A DNA stretch of 64,000 nucleotides from Chloroflexota bacterium (lineage in GTDB: Bacteria; Chloroflexota; Dehalococcoidia; Bin125). Below the pieces are notes generated by a model. The model worked only from the letters and a program-made list of their open reading frames with translations, was not told where the DNA came from and searched no databases. A program made the translations under genes and the position numbers. The stretch covers positions 11,332 to 75,331 of the forward strand of contig VXQZ01000052.1 in the NCBI GenBank assembly GCA_009838735.1, given 5' to 3'. Shown one piece after another: positions 26,538 through 36,351 of this stretch; positions within the stretch are counted from its first letter, which is position 1; every line of letters starts with the position of its first letter.

Positions 26538-27245
26538 ATGACCGAACCTCTGAGTGAAGCGCAACTGGCCGATCTGCGCGCCTGGCCCTCGCCGGCAATC
26601 GCCAACGCCATCGAGACCTTCGATATCCGCAGCCGCGCGACCGGCTTCATGACGCCCGACATCCTCTGTCGATTCCCTGATATGGACCCAATCGTCGGCT
26701 ACGCGGCGACCTGCAAGATCCGCGCCTCGATTCCTCCCGGAGACGACCCGCAGACCAAGGCCGCTCCCGATTGGTGGGCCCACATCGAGTCGATCCCCGA
26801 GCCGCGGATCATTGTGATCCAGGACCTCGACCAGCCGCCGATCGGCTCCTTCTGGGGCGAGGTCAACGGCAACATCCACAAGGCGCTCGGCGCGATCGGC
26901 CTGATCACCGACGGCGGAGTCCGCGACCTCGACGAGGTCGAAGAGATCGGGTTCCAGTTCCTCTCCAAGGAAATCCTCGTCTCTCACGCCTATGTACACA
27001 TAGTCGAGATCGGGCAGCCGGTCACCGTCGGCGGCGTCACCGTCCACCCGGGAGACCTCCTGCACGCCGACAAGCACGGCGTCTGCGAAATCCCCCACGA
27101 CATCGCCCCCCAGGTCGCCGCCGCGGCCCAGGCCGTCGAGGATCGCGAGCGCGTGATCATCAACTACGCCAAGTCGGACGACTTCACCAGCCAGGGACTG
27201 CTGAACGTGATGCAGGGGCGAGCGCCGTACGCCGACGAGGAGTAA
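26538..27245 (+). CDS. RraA-family protein (RraA / 4-hydroxy-4-methyl-2-oxoglutarate aldolase-like)
   Basis: 'GSFWGEVNGNIHKALGAIGLITDGGVRDLDEV' matches the RraA-like fold signature. Confidence 0.8.
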   Translation: MTEPLSEAQLADLRAWPSPAIANAIETFDIRSRATGFMTPDILCRFPDMDPIVGYAATCKIRASIPPGDDPQTKAAPDWWAHIESIPEPRIIVIQDLDQPPIGSFWGEVNGNIHKALGAIGLITDGGVRDLDEVEEIGFQFLSKEILVSHAYVHIVEIGQPVTVGGVTVHPGDLLHADKHGVCEIPHDIAPQVAAAAQAVEDRERVIINYAKSDDFTSQGLLNVMQGRAPYADEE

Positions 27246-27323
27246 CCCTCGACTGCCCGCCAACCGGACGACGCTGCGACCGGCGGCAGGCCGCAGACCC
27301 TCCTGCGCCGCCGCGAGGCGGGG

Positions 27324-28568
27324 ATGTTCTCCCCGTTTGCCTCGCGCGACTTTCGCGTCCTCTGGCTGGCGATCTTCCTCCGATCGGCGGCGCTGTGGCT
27401 CGACCAGGTCGCGCGACCGGTCCTGATCGTTGAGCTGACCGGATCCGCCCTGCTCCTTGGCGCCGTGCTCGCAGCCCGGATGGCGCCCAATCTGTTACTC
27501 GGCCTGTTTGCCGGCACCATCGTCGACCGCTATCCGCGGCGGGTCGTGCTGGTCATGTCGCAGGCGGGCAATGTCGCCGCGACCGGGGCGCTGTTCCTGC
27601 TGTTGCTGTTCGATCTGGCCGAGGCCTGGCACGTCATCGCTCTGGCCGCCGCCGCCGGAGTCAACATCGCCTTCTTCCAACCTGCCCGACAAGCGATCCT
27701 GCCCTCGATGGTCCCGCCCACCGCCTTACGACCAGCGGTGGCGCTCTCACAGACGGCCAACACCTCGATGCGCATGGGCGGAGCCCTGCTCGCCGGATTG
27801 TTGCTCGAATTCGCCGACTTCATCTGGATCTACGGAGCGATGACTGGCATCTACGCCGGTGCGGTGATCTGCACGGCGCTCATCCGGACGAAAGGCACAG
27901 CCGGACTCAGCGCCAGCCGCGCCGGCGGATCGCTCGCCCGGCAGACCCTCAGTGGGCTGCGCTGGGCGTACGAGACCCGCTGGCCACTCGCCGTCCTGGC
28001 CATTTCGGTCGTCATGTTTGTCTTCCTCGTGCCCTACCAGGGGGTCTTCATCCCGCTCATGGTCATCGACGTGCTCGGCGAGCAGAAGTCCTGGGTCGGC
28101 TACCTGATTGCAATCGGCGGCGCCGGCGCAGCAGCGGGCTCGTTGGCCCTGGCCGGCCTACGAACCATCCCCGCCCCGGGACGTCTCATGGCCGCACTCC
28201 TGATCGCTGGAGGACTGAGTCTGGCCGCGATGTCTGGCGCGCCTCATCTGGCCGTCGTGGCCGCTTGCGTCTTCGTCGCCGCGGCCAGCTCAACCAACGT
28301 CATGTCCCTGGCCAACCTCACCCTGCTCGCCCAGGCGACCGAGGGCATGGCCGGACGCGCCCTCAGCCTGATGAACATCGCCCGCGGCATGATCCTCGTC
28401 GGCGCGCTCGTCACCGGAGGCCTCGCCGACCTGTTGGGCGCCCGCGCCGGACTATTGACGATGGGAATCTGCCTGGCCGTGAGCGCAGTCCTCATGTTTG
28501 CCAGCCCCATCGCCCGACGCGTCTCCGAGCCAGAACGTTCGGACTCTCGCGATGGAGCCAACCGCTAA
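27324..28568 (+). CDS. MFS transporter
   Basis: 414 aa and about 12 hydrophobic segments. 'FRVLWLAIFL...' with 'VDRYPRR' at the loop 2-3 position. Confidence 0.8.
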   Translation: MFSPFASRDFRVLWLAIFLRSAALWLDQVARPVLIVELTGSALLLGAVLAARMAPNLLLGLFAGTIVDRYPRRVVLVMSQAGNVAATGALFLLLLFDLAEAWHVIALAAAAGVNIAFFQPARQAILPSMVPPTALRPAVALSQTANTSMRMGGALLAGLLLEFADFIWIYGAMTGIYAGAVICTALIRTKGTAGLSASRAGGSLARQTLSGLRWAYETRWPLAVLAISVVMFVFLVPYQGVFIPLMVIDVLGEQKSWVGYLIAIGGAGAAAGSLALAGLRTIPAPGRLMAALLIAGGLSLAAMSGAPHLAVVAACVFVAAASSTNVMSLANLTLLAQATEGMAGRALSLMNIARGMILVGALVTGGLADLLGARAGLLTMGICLAVSAVLMFASPIARRVSEPERSDSRDGANR

Positions 28569-29674
28569 CCGCAGCCCAGGTCCGGAGGCTCCGTCGGCCA
28601 GGCAGTCGCCGTGGTCTCCAGGGTCAGTCGGCTGAAGCCGCGCCGAACCGTGATCGTCATCTCGTCGCCCGGAGCGATGTCGGCCAGGGCCTCGACCAAC
28701 TCGGCAAACGAATCGGCGGACTCGCCGTTGATCCGCAGCAACACGTCTCCAACTCGCACGCCTGCGCGATCGGCTGCTGACTCGCAGACCACGTCCAGAA
28801 TCTCCAACCGACCGCCGGTTGGCGGAAGCGACACGCCGAGGTAACTGCGCTCGACATCCTCGCCCTGCAACATCGTCGGCAAGGAGCGAAGCATCGCCTC
28901 CGCGCTGACGGCAAAGCCGATCCCGCTCGAGCTCCGGTCCGCGCTTTCAATCTGCGTCGGAATCCCGACGACTCTGCCAAACTCGTCGACCAGCATGCCC
29001 CCCGAGTTGCCCGGATTGAGCGCCGCATCGGTCTGAATCATCGAGCGCAACGGTTCCAGCGTGCCCGTGCCGCTGGGACGCGTGCGGTCGAGGGCCGAGA
29101 CGATGCCCACCGTCAGCGAATTCGGCAGACCGAACGGCGCCCCCAGCGCGCCGACCGGGTCGCCGATGCGAAGGTCGTTGAGCCGGCCGAAGCTGGGAAC
29201 ACTGATCTCGGTCGCGTCCGCGTCAATCTTCAACAGAGCCAGATCATTGCCGGCGTCTTTGGCGATCATCTCCGCTTCGTGGCGGCTGCGGTCCTGCAGG
29301 TACACGTAGACCTGCTCCGCTTCGGACACGACATGCAGGTTCGTGATCACGTGACCGTCATCAGTCACGAAAAAGCCCGAGCCCGTCCCGGCCTCGGTCA
29401 CAACCGACACGAGGGAAGGCGACACCCTGGCGTACACGCTCGACCAGTCGACAGCTGAACGCGTCAGGCTCGAGAAGGTGTCCGGCGGCGTCAACGGAAC
29501 CGCCGGTGATTGCGACGAGCCAAGCGACTCGGACAGCTCGTACTGAATCGCCACGGATGGCTCGCCAATCCCGGGCGACTCACCATTGCCGAACGACAGG
29601 AATGCGGCTGCCGTGATCGCTGCAGCGATCAGCGCGGCGGAGATGCTGGAAGCGAATGCTCTGCGTCTGCTCAT
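28565..29674 (-). CDS. HtrA/DegP-family trypsin-like serine protease with PDZ domain
   Basis: N-terminal TM anchor. Triad context 'HVITNLHVV', 'DLALLKI' and 'GNSGGMLVD'. PDZ-like C-terminus 'GVRVGDVLLRINGE'. Confidence 0.85.
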   Translation of the reverse strand: MSRRRAFASSISAALIAAAITAAAFLSFGNGESPGIGEPSVAIQYELSESLGSSQSPAVPLTPPDTFSSLTRSAVDWSSVYARVSPSLVSVVTEAGTGSGFFVTDDGHVITNLHVVSEAEQVYVYLQDRSRHEAEMIAKDAGNDLALLKIDADATEISVPSFGRLNDLRIGDPVGALGAPFGLPNSLTVGIVSALDRTRPSGTGTLEPLRSMIQTDAALNPGNSGGMLVDEFGRVVGIPTQIESADRSSSGIGFAVSAEAMLRSLPTMLQGEDVERSYLGVSLPPTGGRLEILDVVCESAADRAGVRVGDVLLRINGESADSFAELVEALADIAPGDEMTITVRRGFSRLTLETTATAWPTEPPDLGCG

Positions 29675-29727
29675 GACTGTCTCTCCATGGGCTCAACCTA
29701 TGAGCGACATGGATGCCTGGGAGCAGG

Positions 29728-30657
29728 TCATTCAGGACCTGCGAGAACTTCGATCAGAACGCTTACACGCCCTTCAGGAAGGATGGCCAATCGCTGAAAT
29801 GCAGCCTCCGACAGGTCGACATGATTGTGCCCGAGCAGTCCGGTGTCCTGGACAATCACATCGACGAACCGGTCATCTCTCCAGATACGTAGCCGTGTAC
29901 CGCAGGGCCAGGTCACGGCCGCGCCGATTTCTGGATCCGTCGGATCATATCGATTGTGCGGCGGGCAGAACATCACCCCACCGGCCAGGGACGGATGGTA
30001 GTACGTGATTTCGCCTTCTACGAGACGCGCGGCCCGGTCGGGCTCGATCACGCCGCCTGCAGGGTTCCAGCGCGCGCCGCCAATCCGCATCCTCACCCAC
30101 ACCGCGTCGCCCGGATGCAGCACCGCGAACAACTCCTCGGCCGACTGTCCCGGCGTGTACGCAATCCACTCCTGCAGGTCGGTGTTCCAGCGTCTGGCCT
30201 CTGCCACCGATCCCAGCGGTTCCTGGCCGAATGCGCCCCAGACCGTCTCCCGCAGACCCGACCATCCAAGAAATGACCAGCCCACCGGCAGCTCCACCGG
30301 TTCGGGCATCGCCCCGCGAAACAACGGTTGCCGCCAGCTGGCATCGGCCGACATCATCAACATCAGCGGTTGCCCGTGTTGCAGCACGCCAATGCTGTCG
30401 ATTGGCGTCTGCGGCGCGTACGCCAGCCAACGACGATCGGCGACGTCCCATCCATAGGCGATTCGCAGTGGCAAGCTTGCCGTTGCTTCCGCGATCGGAG
30501 TATCCGGTCCGCACCAGGCGTGGGAGTTCATTCCGGCCACCAGCGGAATCGAATCTGCTTCGCGAGCCAGCGACGGCAATGCGGGTCCGAGCGTCGCTCC
30601 AACCGCCAACACCGCCCCCGCCCGTAGCAGTTGGCGGCGGCTCAATCGTCGGGTCAT
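29728..30657 (-). CDS. Tat-signal secreted protein with C-terminal RlpA-like double-psi beta-barrel domain
   Basis: 'MTRRLSRRQLLRAGAVLAVGATLG' and a C-terminus 'CGTRLRIWRDDRFVDVIVQDTGLLGHNHVDLSEAAFQRLA'. The N-terminal ~200 aa are unassigned. Confidence 0.65.
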   Translation of the reverse strand: MTRRLSRRQLLRAGAVLAVGATLGPALPSLAREADSIPLVAGMNSHAWCGPDTPIAEATASLPLRIAYGWDVADRRWLAYAPQTPIDSIGVLQHGQPLMLMMSADASWRQPLFRGAMPEPVELPVGWSFLGWSGLRETVWGAFGQEPLGSVAEARRWNTDLQEWIAYTPGQSAEELFAVLHPGDAVWVRMRIGGARWNPAGGVIEPDRAARLVEGEITYYHPSLAGGVMFCPPHNRYDPTDPEIGAAVTWPCGTRLRIWRDDRFVDVIVQDTGLLGHNHVDLSEAAFQRLAILPEGRVSVLIEVLAGPE

Positions 30658-31673
30658 TGCCGAGCTTGCCAGCCCCGAAAGGCGAACATCGCCACCGAGG
30701 TCGCCACGGCAACATTGAGACTGTCGATGTTGCCGAAGATCGGCAGTTCAAGCTGGAGTACCGCCGCCTCGATGAACGGCTGCGGCAACCCGTCGCCTTC
30801 ATTGCCCGCAACGATCAGCGGCCGTTCCGGCCATTCCGCCTCCCAGACCGGCTGCGCATCTGCGCCTTGCTGCAGCGCCACAATCGCAAAGCCCTCCTCC
30901 TCGGCCCGGGCGAGGCACGCTGCCGGCGAGTCCATCGTCTCGACCGGCAACCACCAGTCCGAGCCCTTGGTCGACGGTCGGTAGTAGAAGTCGCGCCCGA
31001 TAATCCAGACTGCCTCCGCTCCCGCAGCCTCGGCGCTCCGAACCAGCGTGCCCAGATTGACGCCGTAGGAAAAGTTGAATGCCGCGACCGCAAACGACTG
31101 CGGTCGGGGCGGAGGCGAGTCACGATACGGAAGTCCGAACGGGCGGACGTAAGAGAGGTTGCGATTCCCGTCCTCGGGAGGTCGGGCGGCGATCGCGTCG
31201 AGCGCGCGCCGGGCCCGATTGCGGATCGCCTCGTCGGCGTCACCCGCAAGCCGTTCGAGCAGCGACACCGCTGGCGAACCGATTGCCGCCAGCGCAACGC
31301 ACGCCGCTCGCCTCGACTTGCGCGCTCCCGTTTCCAGCACCGGATCGAGTTGTCGGCACACCTCCTCGGGGTCAAGACGTGGCAGCAAGGTCATCGACCG
31401 TCGTCGCATCCGCTTGTTCGGCGAGAGCAACGCCGGAAGCAGCGCCGCCACCACCTCATCCGCCGGACCCAGCTGCAATGCAATCCGAGCTTCCCCCCGG
31501 GGAAACCCATGATTCGCATTCAGAGCAACCTCAACCGTCCGCTCAATCCAACCCGCCGAGCGAGCCTCAGAATCCGCGCGAACCGCAAGCCCAGCCTCAT
31601 AAGCGGCCCGCTCGTCGACATCAAGGTCGGGGATCGAATCGAGATCTGCTAGTAGGGCTTTACGCTGTGTCAC
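30654..31673 (-). CDS. HEAT-repeat / SpoU-TrmH family RNA 2'-O-methyltransferase fusion
   Basis: GTG start at 31673. The N-terminal half is HEAT-like ('SRRAACVALAAIGSPAVSLLERLAGDADEAIRNRARRAL'). The C-terminal half carries SpoU motifs 'NLGTLVRSAEAAGAEAVWIIG', 'LIVAGNEGDGLP' and 'LPIFGNIDSLNVAVATSVAMF'. Confidence 0.75.
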   Translation of the reverse strand: MTQRKALLADLDSIPDLDVDERAAYEAGLAVRADSEARSAGWIERTVEVALNANHGFPRGEARIALQLGPADEVVAALLPALLSPNKRMRRRSMTLLPRLDPEEVCRQLDPVLETGARKSRRAACVALAAIGSPAVSLLERLAGDADEAIRNRARRALDAIAARPPEDGNRNLSYVRPFGLPYRDSPPPRPQSFAVAAFNFSYGVNLGTLVRSAEAAGAEAVWIIGRDFYYRPSTKGSDWWLPVETMDSPAACLARAEEEGFAIVALQQGADAQPVWEAEWPERPLIVAGNEGDGLPQPFIEAAVLQLELPIFGNIDSLNVAVATSVAMFAFRGWQARQ

Positions 31674-31686
31674 TGGAGGTCATGGT

Positions 31687-32589
31687 ATGCCGAAGGCGTT
31701 CTCACTGAGCGTGCTCATGCCGCAGGGAGAGCCGCAAGGCTTGTGGGTGCTAACGAAAATCCATTGGAATGGCGTTGGTCTGTTCTTTCCTCGCGCCCGG
31801 CTAGAGAAGGCTCGAGAACGCTCCGAACTCAATCGGACCGGCGTGTATGTGCTGTGGAATGACGATGACCAGCTCCGACCAATCATCTATGTAGGTCAGT
31901 CAGAGGATGTGTCGAGACGCCTGAAGGAGCACTTTAGTGACGAAAAGATGGATTGGTGGACGAGGGCAGCGGCATTCACCACGAAAGACAACGCCTTCAA
32001 CCAAGCGCATGCCCGATTTCTTGAGTGGGCTCTGACTCAACGAGCACGAGAAGAAAATCGCTGCGAGCTACAGAACCGCATCACACCCTCCAAACCTTCG
32101 ATTTCCGAGGCAGACGAAGCGGATACGTCACGTTTCCTGGAAGACGTGCTTCAGTGCCTCCCGTTGGCTGGCCTGAGGGCGTTTGAAGCACTGGTTCCTG
32201 CGGGACATGATGGCGATTCAGAGAGAGGGAACCTGACGCTGTGCTTGGACCGACCGGTCATCGGCATCCAGGCTCGCGCCATTCCAGGCGTGGCAGACTT
32301 CACAGTGCTCAAGGGAGCCCAGGTCCGCCGTGATGAAGAACTCCCGAAAGGGTTCACAAATGAGCATCCCGGCTACAGAGCTCTACGGAGCAAACTGATC
32401 GAAGACGGAACCATCGCTGACCAAGGTGGAGAACACTACGTGCTGAAAGAGGACTGGACGTTCAGTTCGCCTAGCCAAGCGAACGTAGTCATCGCCGGCC
32501 ATCCGATGCATCCGTATCAAGTTTGGAAGGACTCCTCCGGTCGAACGTGGAACGCGATTCTCCGTGACGAGGATGAGGAAGATCAATGA
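31687..32589 (+). CDS. GIY-YIG nuclease-family protein with C-terminal DUF4357-like domain
   Basis: GGAGG lies 7 nt upstream of the ATG. GIY-YIG-like 'GVYVLWNDDDQLRPIIYVGQSEDVSRRLKEH' and C-terminal 'FSSPSQANVVIAGHPMHPYQVWKD'. The gene is more A/T-rich than its surroundings by eye. Confidence 0.75.
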   Translation: MPKAFSLSVLMPQGEPQGLWVLTKIHWNGVGLFFPRARLEKARERSELNRTGVYVLWNDDDQLRPIIYVGQSEDVSRRLKEHFSDEKMDWWTRAAAFTTKDNAFNQAHARFLEWALTQRAREENRCELQNRITPSKPSISEADEADTSRFLEDVLQCLPLAGLRAFEALVPAGHDGDSERGNLTLCLDRPVIGIQARAIPGVADFTVLKGAQVRRDEELPKGFTNEHPGYRALRSKLIEDGTIADQGGEHYVLKEDWTFSSPSQANVVIAGHPMHPYQVWKDSSGRTWNAILRDEDEEDQ

Positions 32590-32987
32590 CGGTGCGAGAG
32601 ATCGAGATCGACGCCGAACCCATTGACGCCTACGAGGCGGCCGTTGAGGTCCTGGAGCGGGCAATCACGGAGGGCGCATTCAAGGAGATCGTCAACGAAT
32701 CACCACGCCATTATGCGATTGACTGGTCAACCGCGCTGACCGGCGCCCGCTATGATTTCCGCTTCGAGCGCACGACAGGTTCAATGACCCGCGCCGAGGC
32801 GGTCCTTGAGTTCTCGGGCTTTCTTGGCCCGCTGCTCACCCTGATCCGAAGCGCCGGCAACGGCCCTCACCTGGAACAGATTCTCGACGACATCCGCGAC
32901 CTGGCCGAGTCTGAAGAGTTCTACGAAGACGACAGCGAGGATGGTGATGACGAGGGCGAGGACGAGGAACCGCCGCAGGACGAGTGA
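32586..32987 (+). CDS. hypothetical protein with a strongly acidic C-terminal tail
   Basis: Its ATG overlaps the upstream TGA (ATGA). 133 aa ending 'ESEEFYEDDSEDGDDEGEDEEPPQDE'. No family recognised. Confidence 0.55.
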   Translation: MTVREIEIDAEPIDAYEAAVEVLERAITEGAFKEIVNESPRHYAIDWSTALTGARYDFRFERTTGSMTRAEAVLEFSGFLGPLLTLIRSAGNGPHLEQILDDIRDLAESEEFYEDDSEDGDDEGEDEEPPQDE

Positions 32988-33301
32988 ACGCCCGTCGAGG
33001 CACTCTCCGCTGTAGAATCAGAACGCACGAGTTAGGTTAAGCGAGGCCAGCGCAATGTGTTCGAATGTGTCCCGGCGAGTCTCACCGCTTCGCCGGAATT
33101 GGTCGGCCGGCACCGGTCTGGACCTTCCATCTCCTTCCAAACTCAACCACTTCCAACCACGTCAACCTCACGAAACCCAGCAAAACACGGGCGATCATTC
33201 GTTTTTTCTCCTGCGGCGCTCAGAGAAAAATTTCTTCCCAACCACCCATTCGGCCTCACATATCATCAACCCACACCCATCACCAATCAGGAGATTGCCT
33301 T

Positions 33302-34123
33302 ATGCAGCTCAGCGGTCTTGACGGCAAGGTTGCCGTCGTCACCGGCGCCGGCCGGATGCGCAGTATCGGACGGCCCATCGCCGTCGAGTTGGCCCGGCAG
33401 GGCTGCGACATCGTGCTCACCGGAACCGGACGCGCGCCGGAGAACTACCCCGACGACGAAAAAGCAGTCGGATGGCGCGACATCGAATCGGTCGCTGACG
33501 AGGTTCGCGCGGAGGGACAGCGGGCGCTCTCGCTGGTTTCGGACGTGGCGGACTATGGAGCCGTCGAGGATCTGCTGGCGACCACCTTGGACGAGTTTGG
33601 CCGGGCCGATTTCGTGATCAACAACGCCGGCGCCGCTCGCGGATCAGACCGCGTCCCGGTGGTAGACCTCGATCCCGAACTGTGGAGAGTGGTGCTGGAC
33701 GTCAACCTGAACGGCGCCTTCTACATGAGCCAGGTCTTTGGCCGACACCTGATTGAACAGGGCGATGGCGGCGCGATCATCAACATCTCCTCGATTGCCG
33801 GCAAGATGCTCGGCCCGAACACCGCCGCCTACGCCTCGTCCAAAGCCGGACTGCAGGCCTTGACGGCCTCGATGGCCCAGGAAATCGGACAGCACGGCGT
33901 CCGCGTCAACGCGATCTGTCCCGGCATCATCGACACCTCGCGGATGGACGACATGGGCCGCGGCGAGTTCTGGCAGCGCGCGATCGATACCCGCATTCCC
34001 ATGGGCCGCGCCGGCGAGGGCGAGGACATCGCCTACATCACCACCTTCCTCTGCTCGTCCCAGGGCGAGTGGATCACAGGGCAGTCGTACAATGTCGACG
34101 GCGGGACCTGCGTCCAGCACTAA
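33302..34123 (+). CDS. SDR-family oxidoreductase (FabG-like)
   Basis: ATG at 33302 is preceded by AGGAG. 'KVAVVTGAGRMRSIGRPIA' and the catalytic 'YASSKAG'. The upstream part of ORF 33065.. is low-complexity non-coding sequence. Confidence 0.85.
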   Translation: MQLSGLDGKVAVVTGAGRMRSIGRPIAVELARQGCDIVLTGTGRAPENYPDDEKAVGWRDIESVADEVRAEGQRALSLVSDVADYGAVEDLLATTLDEFGRADFVINNAGAARGSDRVPVVDLDPELWRVVLDVNLNGAFYMSQVFGRHLIEQGDGGAIINISSIAGKMLGPNTAAYASSKAGLQALTASMAQEIGQHGVRVNAICPGIIDTSRMDDMGRGEFWQRAIDTRIPMGRAGEGEDIAYITTFLCSSQGEWITGQSYNVDGGTCVQH

Positions 34124-34169
34124 CTGACCACCGACCGAGTCACACACACACCACCTGAAGGGTTTGAGC

Positions 34170-34966
<797 letters not shown>

Positions 34967-34970
<4 letters not shown>

Positions 34971-35551
34971 GCGCCCGGACGCCAGGGCGGGTCGCCCGAC
35001 AGCTCGGACATCCGACGGCCGGAGTCCGGTACGTCGTGGCTGAGCTTCCGCCCATATTCCTCCGCCCAGTCGGGCGGCAGCACCTGCTGCACTTCATGCC
35101 AGCGCAGCGGCTGTGCGCGGGTATTGCGATCGGCGTCGGTCACATCGGCCAGCCAGATCGCCATGTCGCCGCCGTCCATCACGTTGACGACCTGGCATGT
35201 CATCCAACCCAGCACACCGCCAAGAATCGGCAGGCCGCTGTCGTGCTCCGACCAATCAAGTCCCTCGAACTTGTCGACTTCGCTCTGAGAGCGAAAGCCC
35301 CAGTGCCGCACCCACTGCCACTGCTCCCGCGCCATCACGTGCACCGCCAGTTGACCTGAAGCCTCTATCAACGAATTGGTGTGATTGCGCTTCTGAATCT
35401 GAACAAGCACCCGCGGCTGCGCCGGCACGATCGACGCCGCAAAGGCGCCCACCGCAATCTGACCGCCCTTCGTGCCGTCGTGGGCGGCCGTGACCACGGT
35501 CAGCGGCGACCACATCAGCGTCAGCAATGACGGAGCATCGGCGAGCGGCAT
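34967..35551 (-). CDS. flavin reductase-like (FMN-binding split-barrel) protein
   Basis: 'LMWSPLTVVTAAHDGTKGGQIAVGAFAASIVP' resembles the flavin reductase domain. Moderate support. Confidence 0.6.
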
Positions 35552-35560
35552 GTCGGCAGG

Positions 35561-36265
35561 CTAGCGCTCGGATGACGCAGGCTCGGCCTGTCCACGTCGA
35601 CGCCGCTGCCGCCACCAGACCCAAACCACCGGAGCGGCAAAGAACAGCACGATGGCGATCAGCGCCCCAACCAGGATCTCACGATTGCGCTCAAGCACGG
35701 CGTCGCCAAGCACCGCGGCGAGAATCAGAATCGGAGATGACGCCAGCACAGAGATGACGATGTACGAAGCGAATCGCATCTGGGTGAGTCCGGCGGCGTA
35801 GGAGACATAGTCGACGCCGGCAATGGGAAACAGCCGCAGCACGATCAGAAGCCGAATACCGAGTCGCTCGCCGAGCTCGTCGATCTTGTCCAGCGCTCGC
35901 TGTGAGGTAACCCGTCTGAGTGCCGGTCTGCCCAACCGGCGCGCGACCCAGAAGCAGATCGTCGAGCCGATCGCTGTGGCCGAAATCGTATAGAGGAATC
36001 CCAGCGCGGGACCAAAGACGGCAGCGGCAATCAGGGGCATCGGCGCCGTCGGCAGGGGAGCGAAGAGCATTGAGAGCGCGAAGACCACGATGTATACGAT
36101 CGGTCCCCAGACGCCAAAGCCGTCGATCCACTCCTCGATTTCGGCCTGCTCCCAGGGGAACCAGCGCTCGTACGCCAGATACGCGCCGACCAGAATGGCG
36201 ATGACCGCAACGCCGCCCAGCAGGAGCAGGACGAGGCGTCGTCGGTCCGTGAACCAGTTCTGCAT
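35561..36265 (-). CDS. TVP38/TMEM64 (DedA-related) family membrane protein
   Basis: 234 aa, multi-pass, 'FPIAGVDYVSYAAGLT'-type motif. Confidence 0.7.
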   Translation of the reverse strand: MQNWFTDRRRLVLLLLGGVAVIAILVGAYLAYERWFPWEQAEIEEWIDGFGVWGPIVYIVVFALSMLFAPLPTAPMPLIAAAVFGPALGFLYTISATAIGSTICFWVARRLGRPALRRVTSQRALDKIDELGERLGIRLLIVLRLFPIAGVDYVSYAAGLTQMRFASYIVISVLASSPILILAAVLGDAVLERNREILVGALIAIVLFFAAPVVWVWWRQRRRRGQAEPASSER

Positions 36266-36351
36266 GTCGTCACTCTAGATTGACGGCTCGCTTCAACCGG
36301 AACACCAGATGTGCGCTAGTGTCGGATGCAGGATTACGCGGGAGGCACGGT

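Noticed and set aside
26220-27263. 347-aa minus-strand ORF spanning the crp 3' end and the RraA-like gene
   Set aside because: It crosses an intergenic region and two well-supported plus-strand genes. It is a shadow ORF with low-complexity Asp/Gly/Arg/Val content.
30231-31652. 473-aa plus-strand ORF opposite the DPBB and HEAT-SpoU genes
   Set aside because: It is extremely Arg/Pro/Ser-rich and spans two minus-strand genes that have clear domain motifs. It is a shadow ORF.
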